The notes under the pieces are model-generated. The model did not search any database. It was not told the DNA's origin and saw only the letters and a program-made list of their open reading frames with translations. A DNA stretch of 64,000 nucleotides from Octopus sinensis (taxonomy: Eukaryota), in contig NC_043003.1 in NCBI RefSeq assembly GCF_006345805.1, positions 106,640,001-106,704,000 on the forward strand, written 5' to 3'. Below are positions 1-13,053 of this stretch, piece by piece. A program made the position numbers and the translations under genes. Numbering within the stretch: the stretch's first letter is position 1; every line of letters starts with the position of its first letter.

Positions 1-197
1 CACCATTCCTTAGCAACCGATGGTGGTGTGTTTACGTCCCGTAACTTAGCGGTTCAGCAAAAGAGACTGATAGAATAAGTACTAGTCTTACAAAGAATAA
101 GTCCTGGGGTCGATTTACTCAACTAGAAGGCGGTGCTCCATGATGGTTGCAGTCAAATGACTGAAACAAGTAAAAGAGTAAAGAGTAAAGAGAGTAA
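1..197 (+). mobile_element. 3' part of SINE family A (abundant ~400 bp tRNA-derived SINE), cut by window edge
   Basis: Matches the family 3' segment (gtttacgtcccgtaacttagcggttc...gactgaaacaagtaaaagagtaaagagta tail) seen in many copies in this window. Confidence 0.9.
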
Positions 198-336
198 ATA
201 TATTATGCAACTGAGCTGATCAAACTGAGCAGATAACAGTTGGTCAAGATGTTGCTTGTCTACCAACATGTTAGAGTTTGGGGTTCAAGTCTTACAAGAC
301 TTGAATTTACTTCTTGTTCTGGTGGATGGTGGTCAA

Positions 337-729
337 TCTCTCTATATATAAAGTTGAAGTTGTCTGTGTATGGCAGGTTTGGTAGCCTTCAACTAACACT
401 ATCTCCTCCGAGACCCTGCGGCACAAGTTGACCAAAATTGAGAGTGTGATAGAAAAAGGCTTGCTCTTCCTTCCGTAGAAGAAAAAATCCAAATCGGACC
501 ATGTTAACACCAAAAATTATTTACATCAAAAAGGTGCTTTTTTTTCTATGAAAATCCCTATTATTTACGATTTTTTTACTGCTGTGTCGCCATTTTTCGG
601 TGTATTTCAACCAGAAAAATGTTCACTTAAAGAGAATAACAAGCTACATAATGCAAAATTTTTACTTTTCAAAAATTCCAATTCTAAAGAGTCGAAACAA
701 ACCTGAGCAACGCCTGGTGATACTGCTAG
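337..729 (+). mobile_element. Non-autonomous Helitron
   Basis: Starts A|TC(tctatatata) at 336/337; ends in an imperfect hairpin (cctgagcaacgcctgg) followed by CTAG|T at 726-730; A/T insertion site, no TSD. Confidence 0.75.
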
Positions 730-1073
730 TTATTTATAATACCAGTTCAAAAATTAACAGGATTTAAACTTGATTTATTACTCCTCTCCTCACAAAATAA
801 AAATCCCTTTTTATCAAACCATTATGACTGCTGTTAAGCAATGGTGAGGCTTGTCCACCATTTCACTATTGCAGTGGAGAAATGTGGTTGCCAAGGTTCT
901 GACAGACCAGGTCACATGATGATGATAGAGTTTTCACTAGGATTCTTATTTAATTTATAAGACTACCTGTATTAATCAACATGCATACAGGTAGGGGGGA
1001 AAGTAAAATACTTTTAATATTTCATCTAACATTAAAGTAAGGCAAAAACAAGGAAAGTTTGAAAAAATGCAAT

Positions 1074-1092
1074 ATGTATGTATGCATGTATA

Positions 1093-1124
<32 letters not shown>

Positions 1125-1267
1125 CGTGTGTATGTATGTACGTGTGTATGTATGTACATGTATATGTATGTACGTGTGTATGTATGTATGTGTGTGTATG
1201 TATGTATGTATGTATGTGTGTATGCATGTGTGTATGTACGTGTGTATGTATGTATGTATGTACGTAT
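1074..1267. repeat. Compound (TGTA)n/(TG)n microsatellite
   Basis: Direct reading; explains the H/T/Y and V/C/M ORFs at 976-1404. Confidence 0.97.
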
Positions 1268-2711
1268 GGAGCTTCAGATATTGTTGGTCTTGTTGTAGCT
1301 GTAAGGTTTCTTTGATTCGTCCAGAAACATTTATCTTTCTGGATTGGCAAACATATTGTTTAAAATTCAGTTTCAATCAACATTCATCAATCAATCTAGC
1401 ATGAAAGAAACTACAACCACATTTACAACCACATTCAGTTTCCTGTTCTTCTAAGAAGTGTTCTAAGAAAATGTTATTAGTAAATAGATTATACAATAAA
1501 CTAAAGTCGAAGAAGAAAAAGAAAATGTAAAGTGGAGGGAGTTGGGAGGGGTTACGAAAAGGAAAAATAAATATAATAATAATAAAAAAACAAAAGAAAA
1601 TTTCACATGTTTGTTGTAGTCATCAATAATATATTTGAAACATACCCAAGCCTATCCAGAACCTTCGAGTTAGAGAGGGGGGGAAACCTCGTAAGACTTG
1701 TTCAAACTGGAAGAAAAGCAACAGAAATTCACAGTTAAATCAACTGTAGAGGAGGAACAGTTGTGAAAAATCTAAATCTAACATCAAAAGAATCTAAAAC
1801 TAACATGAAAAGATGTAAAAAAAGAACAAAAAAAAAACTCAAGTTTAATAAAGGTCTATTTTGGTCAGGCACAATACCAAATTTAGAAAAACGGTAGAGA
1901 GAAATTTAGTCAATTGTAGTACCTCAAATTGTTAGTATTGTTGTTATCAAAACAGTCCAAAACAATCACTATTTGCAATCAGGTGCATTAAAGGTTGCAT
2001 CTTTGGAAGCACCTGTTAATACCTGTAATCTCTGTTTCATTTTGATAGCCACAACTTTTCCCTCCCTAAATCAACAGCAAGTATTCTAGAAACAATTTTT
2101 GTTTGATCCATATTTTTTGTCTTAACCACCTAGAGTGGGCTTCTTTTTTTTTGCTTTTTTTTTTTGTTTTTTTTTCAAAGAAAATCCTTCAAATATTTAC
2201 TTTACATTCACAAACATACTAAGTAATCTTACAGCACACACACACACACAGTTTATTGAAATATAAAACACTTTTTTAAAAGACAGAGTAAAAAACTTTG
2301 GGTCAGCGTACCAAGATTGTTTGCTATGATCTCTCATCAGGAAACTAAATTTAACAATCTTTTTTCAAAATAGAACTTCTTACATGAGTTTTGCTTCTTT
2401 CTACAAAAATTATAAAATATTTTACATTCCAATTCTAATTTTGCTATGTAGAGTATGCTACCAATGTCACCAAGTTGAAAAATCTAAAAATCAACATATC
2501 ACCACCTACATATTTACTTTATTCAATTGTGGTGTACAAAATATGACACCAGACATTATTGCCATGCTTTATTGTTTTAAATGCAATTTTCAGCATTGTA
2601 TTTCAGTAAACACACTGCATGCATGAATAACTTGTGTTTCTGCAGGAGTACAATTGCTAAATTTATGCCACAGCATATCAAGTCGTTGCAGTTTCTATTT
2701 TCAAAAAACTA

Positions 2712-3968
2712 CTGGGTCATCCCAAAACTAATGCATTTTTTTCAATTGCATGAACTAAACATCGGAGAGGAGTGGGATAAACTACTTGCATCAACTTGTT
2801 ATAAAAGCATGGAGTAATTTTACATTGATTTCGTTCTTAGTGCAAGTATTCAAGAGTGCAGTTCGATTTTAACAGTTATTTTTTCAAAGCTATGATAGAA
2901 GTGTATAATGGAAGTGACAAAGGAGCATATTTGACATATTTTGCTTTATGATTCAATAAGGCAACAACACAATGGAAAGTGCAAGGAATATTAATGCAGT
3001 ATATGGGGATTGGACAATAAGCATAAGCCAGTGTCAATGGTGGTTCCAGAAATTCCCAGCCAGAAACTACAGCCTAGAAGACAAGCCTCGTGCTGGAAGA
3101 TCTGTAGACCTCAACAAGGATGTCCTGCAAGCCCTGGTGGAACAAAATCCCATTATAACTGTTGAGGAACTAACAGAGAAGCTTGGATTGGTCATTCAAC
3201 CATTCATCTGCGTGCCATTGGAAAAGTCAGTAAATTGGGTCAATGGGTTCCTCACAAATTTTCCAAGTGCAATCATGCACTTTAAGTGAATGTGTGCTCT
3301 TCTTTGCTGTCACATTTCATGAATGAACCTTTTTTGGACTGAACAGTGACAGGTGCCGAAGACAGTGGGTAGGGAAAGGAGAAACACTGGTACCCCTGGC
3401 TAAAGAAGGTCTTCACCCACATAAGGTGTTGTTACCTGTTTGGTGGTATATGAAAAGTTTAGTCCACTTTGAACTTTTAAACCCAAACCAAACGATAACA
3501 GAGGAGATCTGCTGTGAGCAGCTTGAGTGGCTTGAGTTAGTGCTAGAAGGGAAAATGACCATCTTTGGTTTCAAGATGAAAGGTGTTCTTCCATCAGGAT
3601 AATGCTCGGCCACATACAGCAAGGATGACATTCCAAAGGCTGGAGCAGTTTGAATGGGAAACGATGACCCACCCACCATATTCACTGGACATTGCCCCAT
3701 CTGATTATCATTTATTCTGTAGTCTTCAAAATCATTTGGATGGTAAAAATACGAATTCTGTAGAGAGGTCAGAACAGTTCTGGAGGAGTATTTTTCATCA
3801 TGGACAAGTGAATTTTGGAAGAGGGGTCTTGCAAATCTACCAGAGAGATGGAAGAGCATTGTATAAAATGAAGGGGAGAATATTTTAGATTAAAAAAGAA
3901 CTTTGTTTATCTTAATTTTGAAAAATAAATAATTATAAAAAAACTGCATTATTTATGGGATGACCCAT
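2712..3968 (+). mobile_element. Near full-length decayed mariner (DD34D) transposon, ~1.26 kb
   Basis: TA-flanked TIRs: ta|ctgggtcatcccaaaactaatgca at 2712 and tgcattatttatgggatgacccat|ta ending 3968; transposase remnants inside. Confidence 0.93.
2908..3893 (+). pseudogene. Mariner transposase pseudogene (frameshifts, stops, internal deletion)
   Basis: MEVTKEHI..., ESARNINAVYG HTH region, WVPHKF (WVPHEL-like), VTGAE (first catalytic D mutated), HQDNARPH, HPPYSLDIAPSDYHLF (YSPDLAPSD-like). Confidence 0.95.
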
Positions 3969-4025
3969 TATATAGGCCATACACAGCCTCATGAACAGAT
4001 TTGGTAAATGGAAACTAGAAGCCCA

Positions 4026-4069
<44 letters not shown>

Positions 4070-4120
4070 CATTTTATTTTATCTTATCCCAATAGCTGGA
4101 AAATAATGTTTACTTTAACA

Positions 4121-4512
4121 TACTCTTACTCTTTACTCTATTACTTGTTTCAGTCATTTGACTGGGGCCATGCTGGAGCACCGCCTTTAATCGAGCAAAT
4201 CGACCCCAGGACTTATTCTTTTGTAAGCCCAGTACTTATTCTATCGGTCTCTTTTGCTGAACTGCTAAGTAACGGGGACATAAACAAGCAATGCTAGGGG
4301 AACAAACACAGACACACAAACACACACACACGCATATATATACATATATATGACGGGCTTCTTTCAGTTTCCGTCTACCAAATCCACTCATAAGGCTTTG
4401 GTCGACCTGAGGCTTAGTAGAAGACACTTGCCCAAGGTGCCACGCAGTGGGACTGAACCCGGAACCATGTGGTTGGTAAACAAGCTACTTACCACACAGC
4501 CACTCCCGCGCC
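4121..4512 (-). mobile_element. SINE family A copy
   Basis: tRNA-like head (A box tggctgtgtgg, B box ggttcagtccc) at right end, internal (TA/CA) microsatellite, (gagtaa) tail at left; short internal deletion. Confidence 0.93.
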
Positions 4513-4899
4513 ATACGAAAAATATTTTATTTTTTCTTCAAATATTGTCCCACAAAAGAAAAGAGTTGCTTTATATTCAAGTCCATAAGAGACCTTTAAA
4601 AATAGGAGACTGTAAAGACTTGAACAGAAGACATTTTCCTCTCTTGCTTTTTGAAGAGTGTTAAAGAAAGAATTTTGGGGAAAAAAATATTCCCAAGTTT
4701 ACATGCCATCCTGATTGAAGAGTTACATAACCAAAAACATTGTCTAATCATTTTATTTTCAGCATAAAAATGTTTGGTAATGAACCACAACTCAATTTAT
4801 CAGACATGGTTGTGTCAGTTGTCAAGAAAGAATTCTTCTCTATCATTTTTTTATAAACACTCAAATATTTGTTGAATCTTAAATCTTCTGTTACTCTAT

Positions 4900-5100
4900 T
4901 TCATCATCATCATATAACATCCGCTTTCCATGCCGGCATGGGTTGGATGGTTTGGCTTGAGCCGGTAAGGTCAGAGGTCACATGAGACTCCAATGACCAC
5001 TTTGGTATGGTTTCTATGGTTACGTGCCCTTCCCATCACTAATCACTCTACAGAATGTAATGGGTGCTTTTTATGTGGCACCAGCACCAACAGGGTCATC
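4900..5100 (-). mobile_element. RTE-type 3' end fragment with (GAT)n tail, decayed
   Basis: catcatcatcat...ccgctttccatgccggcatgggttggatgg matches other copies in window. Confidence 0.75.
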
Positions 5101-5162
5101 GAGTAATTTTCAAGACAAAAAAACCCCTCGGGAGTAATAGTAGGAGGTTGGTGTCAGTTGCC

Positions 5163-6207
5163 GAGAGATGAGAGGAAGAGATGGAAAGGGGTAGGTGAGA
5201 GATGAGAGGCATAGATAGACAGGGGTAGGTGAGAGATGAGATTTATAGATGGACAGGGGTAGGTGAGAGATGAGAGGCATAGATGGACAGGGGTAGGTGA
5301 GAGATGAGAGGAATAGATGGATAGGGGTAGGTGAGAGATGAGAGGCATAGATGGACAGGGGTAGGTGAGAGATGAGAGGTATAGATGGACAGGGGTAGGT
5401 GAGAGATGAGAGGCATAGATGGATAGGGGTAGGTGAGAGATGAGATTTATAGATGGACAGGGGTAGGTGAGAGATGAGAGGCATAGATGGACAGGGGTAG
5501 GTGAGAGATGAGAGGAATAGATGGATAGGGGTAGGTGAGAGATGAGAGGCATAGATGGACAGGGGTAGGTGAGAGATGAGATTTATAGATGGACAGGGGT
5601 GGGTGAGAGATGAGAGGCATAGATGGACAGGGGTAGGTGAGAGATGAGAGGAATAGATGGAAAGGGTAGGTGAGAGATAGAGGCATAGATGGACAGGGGT
5701 AGGTGAGAGATGAGAGCATAGATGGACAGGGGTAGTGAGAGATGAGATTTATAGATGGACAGGGGTAGGTGAGAGATGAGAGGCATAGATGGACAGGGGT
5801 AGGTGAGAGATGAGAGGCATAGATGGACAGGGGTAGGTGAGAGATGAGAGGAATAGATGGACAGGGGTAGGTGAGAGATGAGAGGCATAGATGGACAGGG
5901 GTAGGTGAGAGATGAGAGGTATAGATGGACAGGGGTGGGTGAGAGATGAGAGGAAGAGATGGAAAGGGTAGGTGAGAGATGAGATTTATAGATGGACAGG
6001 GGTAGGTGAGAGAGATGAGAGGCATAGATGGACAGGGGTAGGTGAGAGATGAGAGGCATAGATGGACAGGGGTAGGTGAGAGATGAGAGGAATAGATGGA
6101 TAGGGGTAGGTGAGAGATGAGAGGAACAGATGGATAGGGGTAGGTGAGAGATGAGAGGCATAGATGGACAGGGGTAGGTGAGAGATGAGATTTATGGACA
6201 GGGATAG
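5163..6207. repeat. 34-bp purine-rich minisatellite, ~30 units
   Basis: Unit gagagatgagaggcatagatggacaggggtaggt with recurring variants. Confidence 0.97.
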
Positions 6208-6649
6208 GTGTTCTGCTGACAATAATTTTTTAAAATAATGAATTATTTAGTAAAGTAACTGTCATTAATAAGCTGATGTTTGGAATATAAATTCCCATGA
6301 ATACAGACTAACATGGAATTTTGATGGAAGCTTTTAATTTGGATCAGATCAAATAAAAGCAAGTTTGTATCATAAAACAAAGGGAAATCTCAAGGAAATT
6401 TGGTATCAGAAAACTATCCCTTTACGCTTGTACGGGCAAACTAAAACAATGAACTGAGATCAAGAGAAATCTATACCAGAGTTTGAAGGTCACCAAATCA
6501 TCATCAAAAGGTAAGTCATACAACGAAAAGCAAAGTAAAAGATCTTCCATCATTCACCTCACAGAATGTCTTTTATTGATTACATTAAATTCTGCCAGGA
6601 TTGAAATTCTGAACAGCAAATTACTTTAAACAGGGCTTCACTCACTCAC

Positions 6650-6688
<39 letters not shown>

Positions 6689-6964
6689 AGAAAATGAGCA
6701 ATACATTAAATTCCACTGTTGGAATGAAAATTTATTATTAAATTGAATTTATAACTGACAAAGCAAGGCTCTAAGAATGACCGAGTTGCTTCTACTTATT
6801 TTAGAGAAAATTAGTTTTCGGTATAAGCAAGTCTAGAAACTTCCTAAAGAATTTAGTATTTGCTGGAGTATATAAACCAACAATGCTCTGGTTATTTTCC
6901 ATTAATTTGGGTAAAAGGTATTTTATTTCTTCATGTTCTTCCTTCCAATAAGTACTATCAGTCA

Positions 6965-7024
6965 AGCTGAACATTCTCTAAGAATACCACATTTTAATAT
7001 GGTGTTCTTAGAGAATGTTCAGCT
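6965..7024. other. 60-nt hairpin (25-bp stem, 10-nt loop)
   Basis: AGCTGAACATTCTCTAAGAA (6965-6984) is the exact reverse complement of 7005-7024; TACCA/TGGTG extends the stem. Confidence 0.9.
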
Positions 7025-7558
7025 AGAATGATGTGCAATACCTTTGCCATAGTTGGAGATGTAGAAATATCACTACTGTGGCTACAGCTACTGTTGCTGC
7101 TATGGATACTACTAGAATATTGAAAAATACAACGTATTTCCAACTTTTTATAAATGTCAATTTGTGTAAGTCTTAAATGAAAAACTATAAAACAAATAGA
7201 AAAAAAAAATGTTAATGCCAACTCATGCTAATTATGGATGGTGCTTCAGTTAAGTATATCTACCATTTGTCAATATGAACTGGTCAAAAGAAACAAGTGT
7301 ATTGCACTGAAGTCTCATAAATGGTACTAGAATATAAAACAATGTCTACGAGAGAGCAGGAATGAGAGGACGTTACTGAAACACACAGAGGCCAATACTG
7401 GCAGAATAAACTTAAAAAGTGTTAAATGAGCTAATTGCATCTTTTGGTCAATCTGAGAGTGAATGCGTTTGACAATTTGAAAATATCAATTTTTAAATGT
7501 GTGTGTGTGTGTGGTGTGTGTGTGTGTGCATGTGCATAAACCTATTTAATAGACAAAG

Positions 7559-7780
7559 GCGGTGAGCTGGCAGAATCGTTAGCACGCCGGGTGAGCGGTA
7601 TTTTGTCTGCCATTACGTTCTGAGTTCAAATTCCGCCGAGGTCGACTTTGCCTTTCATCCTTTTGGGGTCGATTAAATAAGTACCAGTTACGCACTGGGG
7701 TCGATATAATCGACTTAATCTGTTTGTCTGTCCTTGATTGTCCTCTCTGTGTTTAGCCCCTTGTGGGTAGTAAAGAAATA
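7559..7780 (+). mobile_element. SINE family B (Nin/Deu-like central domain), full length
   Basis: tRNA-like head ggcggtgagctggcagaatcgttagc; domain gcctttcatccttt(c)ggggtcgattaaataagtacc; 16-bp TSD tatttaatagacaaag at 7543-7558 and 7781-7796. Confidence 0.93.
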
Positions 7781-7887
7781 TATTTAATAGACAAAGAAAT
7801 GCATCAAATTGATCAAAATTCTCTGCAGATTGACAAAATGGTGGCCAGCCTTAATTGATTTTCTACCCTAATAGGAGAATCTCATCA

Positions 7888-8270
7888 GGTGTAGGAGTGG
7901 CTATGTGGTAAGTAGCTTGCTTACTGACCACATGGTTCCAGGTTCAGTCCCACTGCATGGCAACTTGGGCAAGTGTCTCCTACTATAGCCTCGGGCCAAC
8001 CAAAGCCTTGTGAGTGGATTTGGTAGATGGAAACTGAAAGAAGCCCGTCATATATATGTACATATATATATTTGTATGTGTGTGTGTCTGTGTTTGTCCC
8101 CCCAACATCACTTGACAACCGATGCTGTAACTTAGTGGTTTAGCAAAAGAGAACGATAGAATAAGTACTAGGATTACAAAGAATAAGTCCTGGGGTCGAT
8201 TTGCTCGACTAAAGGCGGTGCTCCAGCATGGCCACAGCCAAATGACTGAAACCAGTAAAAGAGTAAAGAG
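7888..8270 (+). mobile_element. SINE family A copy
   Basis: Head, body and gagtaaagag tail match the family. Confidence 0.92.
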
Positions 8271-8329
8271 GTCACTACATCATGTGACCAATCACAGTGA
8301 AATTAATAGCCAATCCTTTCATATGCTTT

Positions 8330-8660
8330 CATATTTAAGGGGAAGATGCAATGATATTTTCTTGCTATGCAGAGGGATTTTTCCTGTTGAAGGAGACAAG
8401 ACAGGCAGGATTTCATTGGATATTTTCAAGATTTTGTTCATGAAATCAGTGCAGTTTCTGCTTCAGATGTTGAGATTGCATTTGGATAAAGCTTGGTTAG
8501 AGAAGGAGGAATGAAGAGTGGTACCATCTGCAACGAAGAAGGTATTGTTAGAGGTGATGGTACGCAGGTGTACAGAAGGAAAATAACTCAGGGGATAAGA
8601 CCAAACCCTGGAGCACACCAATGTTGATAGAATGTTAGAGTGTAGGGGAAAAGAGATCAA
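8330..8660 (-). pseudogene. LINE (Jockey/CR1-group) reverse transcriptase fragment
   Basis: Minus-strand remnants INIGVLQGLVLSP (GVPQGSVL-like) and NNTFFVADGTTLHSS (FADD-like). Confidence 0.8.
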
Positions 8661-9052
8661 ACAGTTATCTGTGATATTGCTATCTGAAAGGTTACAGAAG
8701 AAGAATCAAGTAAACTAATATAAAATAATAACAACACTAATAGTTTACAGATCTGAAATGATTAAAAGACTAATAACACTAGTTAGATTTTAAAAATTCA
8801 TAGGTTTTTGGTAAAAACTAAACCAGTGAAAATATTACAAAATCCTCAAAAGTAAAGATCAATAAGAAATTTCAAAAGCAATATATTATCTCATCAGTTA
8901 AAATTTCAAATTCCAACAAAAAAATGGAAGACAATTTGTGGAATTACCATGTCTGTGATAGTTGGTGAAAATATGAAGTTTACATGAGGAAATATAAAGA
9001 AAATAATATTTCTGGCATAAACATAATCCTTGAAATATTTGGATAAGATCGT

Positions 9053-9433
9053 GACACTCCGTCGGTTACGACGATGAGGGTTCCAGTTGATCTGATCAAC
9101 AGAACAGCCTGCTCGTGAAATTTACGTGCAAGTGGCTGAGCACTCCACAGACACATATATCCTTAACGTGGTTCTTGGGGGAGATTCAGCGTTACACAGA
9201 GTGTGACGAGGCTGGCCCTTTGAAATAAGGTACAACAGAGACAGGAAGAAAGAGTGAGAGAAAGTTGTGGTGAAAGAATACTGCAGGGTTCGCCACCAAC
9301 TCCTGCAGGAGCCCCATGGACCTTCAGGTGTTTTTGCTCAATAAACACTCACAACACCTGGTCTGGGAATCAAAACCGCAATCCTATGACCGCGAGTCCA
9401 CTGCCCTAACCGCTGGGCCATTGCACCTCCACA
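9053..9433 (-). mobile_element. SINE family C (tRNA-Arg-like head), full length
   Basis: Matches copy at 49025-49407; 11-bp TSD ttggataagat at 9039-9049 and 9434-9444. Confidence 0.92.
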
Positions 9434-9729
9434 TTGGATAAGATAAGATGTAAAGGAACATGGTATTCATGCATTTCTCCAACTAAAAGTGAAATGATGC
9501 AAATGAGAAATCTAAATTCCATTATAGTCTTGGTTTTCTAGGAGCTTACTCATCACCATCATGATTATTTTTACACCCACTAACCATGCTGGCATGGACA
9601 GGACAGGTTCAGAAGATTCAGCAAGCTGTAGGGTTACATCAAGTTCCAATGTTTGCTATTATATGGTTTCTATGGCTGGGTGTCCATTCTAATGCCGGCT
9701 ACACTGTGCACTCCTTTCTTGCCTCTGGC

Positions 9730-10070
9730 AGGAAGTTATTAAATAACTAGCAAGACTGGAAAACAAGAAAAGGAAAAAGCACCCTTGACCAAGGGGCCGG
9801 ATTTGGTTTATGCTTGATGTTGGAATGTTGAAGCAAGGATAAAGGGACAAGCACAGTTGTCTTGTTATAGGGGAGCTGTATGACCCCACCCCACACCCGG
9901 TATTAAATAAGGCTGAATGGAAAACACGGTAGTGGTAGAGCAAAGCCTCAAGAAACAAGGAGGTGAGTATAAGAAGATGCAGACAGGGGACAGAAAGGGG
10001 GAAGTCATGAGTGTGAGGGGAGAGTAACAGATGGGGTAGAGGTGATTGTGGTGAGTGAGGGGCAGGTTAC
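9730..10070 (-). mobile_element. Probable decayed LINE ORF2 3' fragment
   Basis: Similar to 22130-22310; weak resemblance to Jockey/CR1-group C-terminal region. Confidence 0.45.
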
Positions 10071-10159
10071 TACAGCTTATTCCTACTTAATAAAACACTT
10101 GCACCGTTAGTTTAAAAACAAAAACATATTTTCTTAGTATCAGAATTATATTCATTTAT

Positions 10160-10545
10160 TCTTTTATTTTGCTTCAGTCATTTGACCATGGCCATGCTGG
10201 AGCATTGCCTTTTAACTGAAGAAATTGATCTCAGGACTTATTCTTTGTAAGCCTGGTACTTATTCTAACAGTCACTTCTGCCAGACTGCTAAGTTATGGG
10301 GATATAAACACACAAACATCAGTTGTCAAGTGATGGTGAGGGGAACAAACACAGACACACACATAAATATATACATACATATATGATGGGCTTCTTTCAA
10401 TTTCCGTCTACCAGATCCACTCACAAGGCTTTGGCCACCCGAGGCTAAATTAGAAGGCACTTGCCCAAGGTGCCATGCAATGGAACTGAACGCAAAACCA
10501 TGTGGTTGGGAAGCAAGCTTCTTACCACACAGCCACTCCTGTGCC
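10160..10545 (-). mobile_element. SINE family A, older copy
   Basis: Diverged but colinear with the family. Confidence 0.88.
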
Positions 10546-11109
10546 AATATACTCATTCTTCAAATTAAAATATCTATAATTATATCTGAGCAGATGAGAC
10601 ATAAATCATGAGTATTTGATGCTGTCATGTGGGTTCAACTGTAGCTCAAATTTGATCAAACTTATGACCCTAAGTATTTTCAACCTTGACCATCACATCA
10701 TTTCAGAGGTACCCGGGTAACCATCAACAACCGTGTTTCTCATCCAACTCTTTCTTGGCGTGACCATCTTTAAAATGATTCAACTCATTCCTAGACAGTT
10801 CCTACTTGCAAAAAACCATGTACCCCGCTACTATGCTAAAACCTGAAATCCTTCAGTTGGCTTCAACCCCTAATACAACTTTGACCCTTAGAAAATGTAG
10901 CACCCCACTGAAGCAAACAGAAAGCGGTGTGGCCATAATTACCATAGCAACTTGACTGATGTTTCAACTTCAAATTTGTACGATAATCACTAGAGAGTGA
11001 GAAAGTTCATTTTCCCAGCAATATGAAATATTGTAAGTGTATAATATATACATGTGAATGAATCATTAATTATCTGTGCGATACACACACACACACACAT
11101 ACGTATTTA

Positions 11110-11510
11110 TGTAGGTGTGGTTTTGAAGTTAAGAAGCTTACTAACCATGGGTTCTCAGGTTCAGTCTCACTGCATGGCATCCTGGACAAACATCTATATA
11201 GCCCCAGGCCAACCAAAGCCATGTGAGTGGATTTGGTCGGCAGAAACTGAAAAAAGCAGTGAGCTGGCAGAAATGTTAGCACGCTGGACGGAATGCTTAG
11301 TAGTATTTTGTCTGTGGTTATGTTCTGAGTTCAAATTCTGCCGAGGTCGACTTTGCCTTTCAATCCTTTCAGAGTTGATAAATTAAGTAACAGTTATGCA
11401 CTGGGGGTCGATGTAATTGACTTAATCCCTTTGTCTGTCCTTGTTTATTCCCTCTATGTTTAGCCCCTTGTGGGCAATAAAGAAATAAGAAACTGAAAGA
11501 AGCCCAATGT
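11110..11510 (+). mobile_element. SINE family A 5' part interrupted by a family B SINE (about 11255-11487)
   Basis: Host resumes after the insert; agaaactgaaa is duplicated on both sides of the insert. Confidence 0.85.
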
Positions 11511-11814
11511 GTGCATGCATGTGTGTGTGTATGTGTGTGTGTGTGTGCATGGCCTTGTCCTATTACCACATGATCGGTGTAAATCAGAATCATCATACAA
11601 AGGTTTCTAGTGTTCTATGGAAAACCATGTCTGGTCATAGGGAAAATATTTAATATCTTCCTTTAAAAGAGGTGAGGATTGGTGACAGGAAAAGCATCTA
11701 TCTGGATGTAGAAAATCTACTTCAGTAAATTCCATCTGACCCATGCAAGTATAGAAAAGTGGATGTTAATTGATAATGATGATTTGTGTGTGTGTGTGTG
11801 TGTGTGTGTGTGAA

Positions 11815-11945
11815 GGGCATCCAGCTGTAGAAACCAAAATCAGGCTATGGAATTTGGTGCAGCCCTCAGCATTGCCAGCTCTTGTCAAGCCGTCAAACCC
11901 ATGCCAGCATCGAAAATGGATGTTAAATGATGGTGATGATGATAT
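11815..11945 (+). mobile_element. RTE-type 3' end fragment with (GAT)n tail
   Basis: aagggcatccagctgtagaaac...aacccatgccagcat...gttaaatgatggtgatgat. Confidence 0.8.
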
Positions 11946-12572
11946 ATATACACACACACATGCATGCACACACGCATATATACACACATACGCATGTGTA
12001 TACATATGCACACATGCATATACACATACATATAAACATACATGCACACACATGCAATATATACATGCAATTCTTAGAATTGAAAAAAAATTTAATTCAT
12101 TTGATATTTTAGGCTCTTTTAGAATTCTGTATTCAAAGTTATTTCATACTTTACAAAGAAATGTTCTGGAAAGGCAGCTTAGCCATTAAAAATTGCAACC
12201 TTTTTCAACCTAACCCTTTCATCTAGTTTATATATAAATATTTTTAGTGCCAAATTATTGTAAACAGCCAAATAAAATTATCTATCTATAGGAGAAATGA
12301 CTGACTTCTTACAAAGCCGCAGATTTTAAGGAAAGTGAAAATGAGATTTCGTAATATTCATGCTTTTGTCAAGAATATTTATTACCACTAAGTAATGGTG
12401 AAGCAGCTGCAAACATCAATTGGCACCGTCGAGATATTAGGACACTAACAGCGTATCTTTCTGACTATTCTTCGTCAACTGCTGCCAAAGAATATATTAA
12501 AAACTCTAATGTCAAATGAGAAATGTTTTCGCTCCACACAGACATCTAAATTTAGTTTTATCCAAGACTGAG

Positions 12573-12984
12573 TTACTCTTTATTCTTTTACTTGTTTTAG
12601 TCATTTGACTGTAGCCATGCTGGAGCACCGCCTTTAGTCGAGCAAATCGACCCCGGGACTTATTCTTTGTAAGCCTAGTACTTATTCTATCGGTCTCTTT
12701 TGCCGAACCGCTAAGTGATGGGGACGTAAACACACCAGCATCGGTTGTCAAGCAATGCTAGGGGGACAAACACAGACACACAAACACACACACACACGCA
12801 TCTATATATATATACATATATACGACAGGCTTCTTTCAGTTTCCATCTACCAAATCCACTCACAAGGCATTGGTCGGCCTGGGGCTATAGTAGAAGACAC
12901 TTGCCCAAGGTGCCACGCAGTGGGACTGAACCCGGAACCATGTGGTTGGTTAGCAAGCTACTTACCACACAGCCACTCCTGCGC
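12573..12984 (-). mobile_element. SINE family A, young subfamily, full length
   Basis: Near-identical to 15848, 23321, 26290, 42409 and 58180 copies (diagnostic tagcattgcttgacaaccgatgctgg, gaccaatgccttg). Confidence 0.95.
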
Positions 12985-13053
12985 TTGAATAGCTTTTCGC
13001 AGGAATTTGAACACTTGCACTCTTGTTCAGAGCAGATCTGTCTCACACTTTAA

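Noticed and set aside
976-1404. Several 79-124 aa ORFs
   Set aside because: Translations of a (TGTA)/(TG) microsatellite. The same applies to 11766-12189 and 38538-38893.
2040-2115. Minus-strand peptides RILAVDLG and GKVVAIK resembling enzyme motifs
   Set aside because: Short, in different frames, followed by stops; compatible with chance.
5110-6222. Long ORFs up to 192 aa
   Set aside because: Stop-free pyrimidine strand of the 34-bp minisatellite.
12366-12510. Open stretch EYLLPLSNGEAAANINWHRRDIR...
   Set aside because: No start or good acceptor and no homology I recognise.
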